A stretch of 7,747 nt of DNA. Source: Tubiluchus corallicola. Its lineage: Eukaryota; Animalia; Priapulida. A model generated the notes under the pieces. It had not been told where the DNA came from. It searched no databases and saw nothing but the letters and a program-made list of their open reading frames with translations. The stretch lies in NCBI GenBank assembly GCA_030141605.1, contig JAQGDQ010002223.1, positions 1 through 7,747 on the forward strand, written 5' to 3'. Shown here one piece after another: positions 7,691-7,747 of the stretch. The position numbers were made by a program, and so were the translations under genes. Positions within the stretch are counted from its first letter, which is position 1, and the number at the start of each line of letters is the position of its first letter.

Positions 7691-7747
7691 ACAAAAACTA
7701 TGCCGTGTTAACCGACTACGATTTATGCACATGTTTAGTCTATGCTG
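7691..7747 (+). CDS. Exon 5, truncated by the window end (continuation of WSC-like domain 4)
   Basis: Acceptor gtattttcAG (7689-7690). A phase-1 join to exon 4 gives ...CIQLCYEL-D-KNYAVLTDYDLCTCLVYA, supplying the expected YA(G/V)L.....CxC motif. Not in the ORF track. Confidence 0.75.

Overview
AT-rich eukaryotic (probably invertebrate metazoan) genomic DNA, not prokaryotic. The window holds the internal part of one + strand spliced gene encoding tandem, divergent WSC-type cysteine-rich extracellular domains. Five exons (510-881, 2357-2644, 4486-4821, 6030-6149, 7691->7747) are joined by four GT-AG introns, all phase 1, and splice into one uninterrupted frame of about 390 codons. Exons 1-3 each carry one whole WSC domain, while the fourth domain is split across exons 4 and 5. 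The start and stop codons lie outside the window. The introns contain four unrelated minisatellite arrays, a microsatellite, a TA-flanked MITE with 24-bp terminal inverted repeats (TIRs), a probable hAT-like non-autonomous element with a second partial copy, solitary Tc1/mariner-like ends and a possible cloverleaf-like structured element. There is no CRISPR array and no clear evidence of a wholly new system. The most interesting points are the WSC domain and cysteine architecture and the structured intronic elements.
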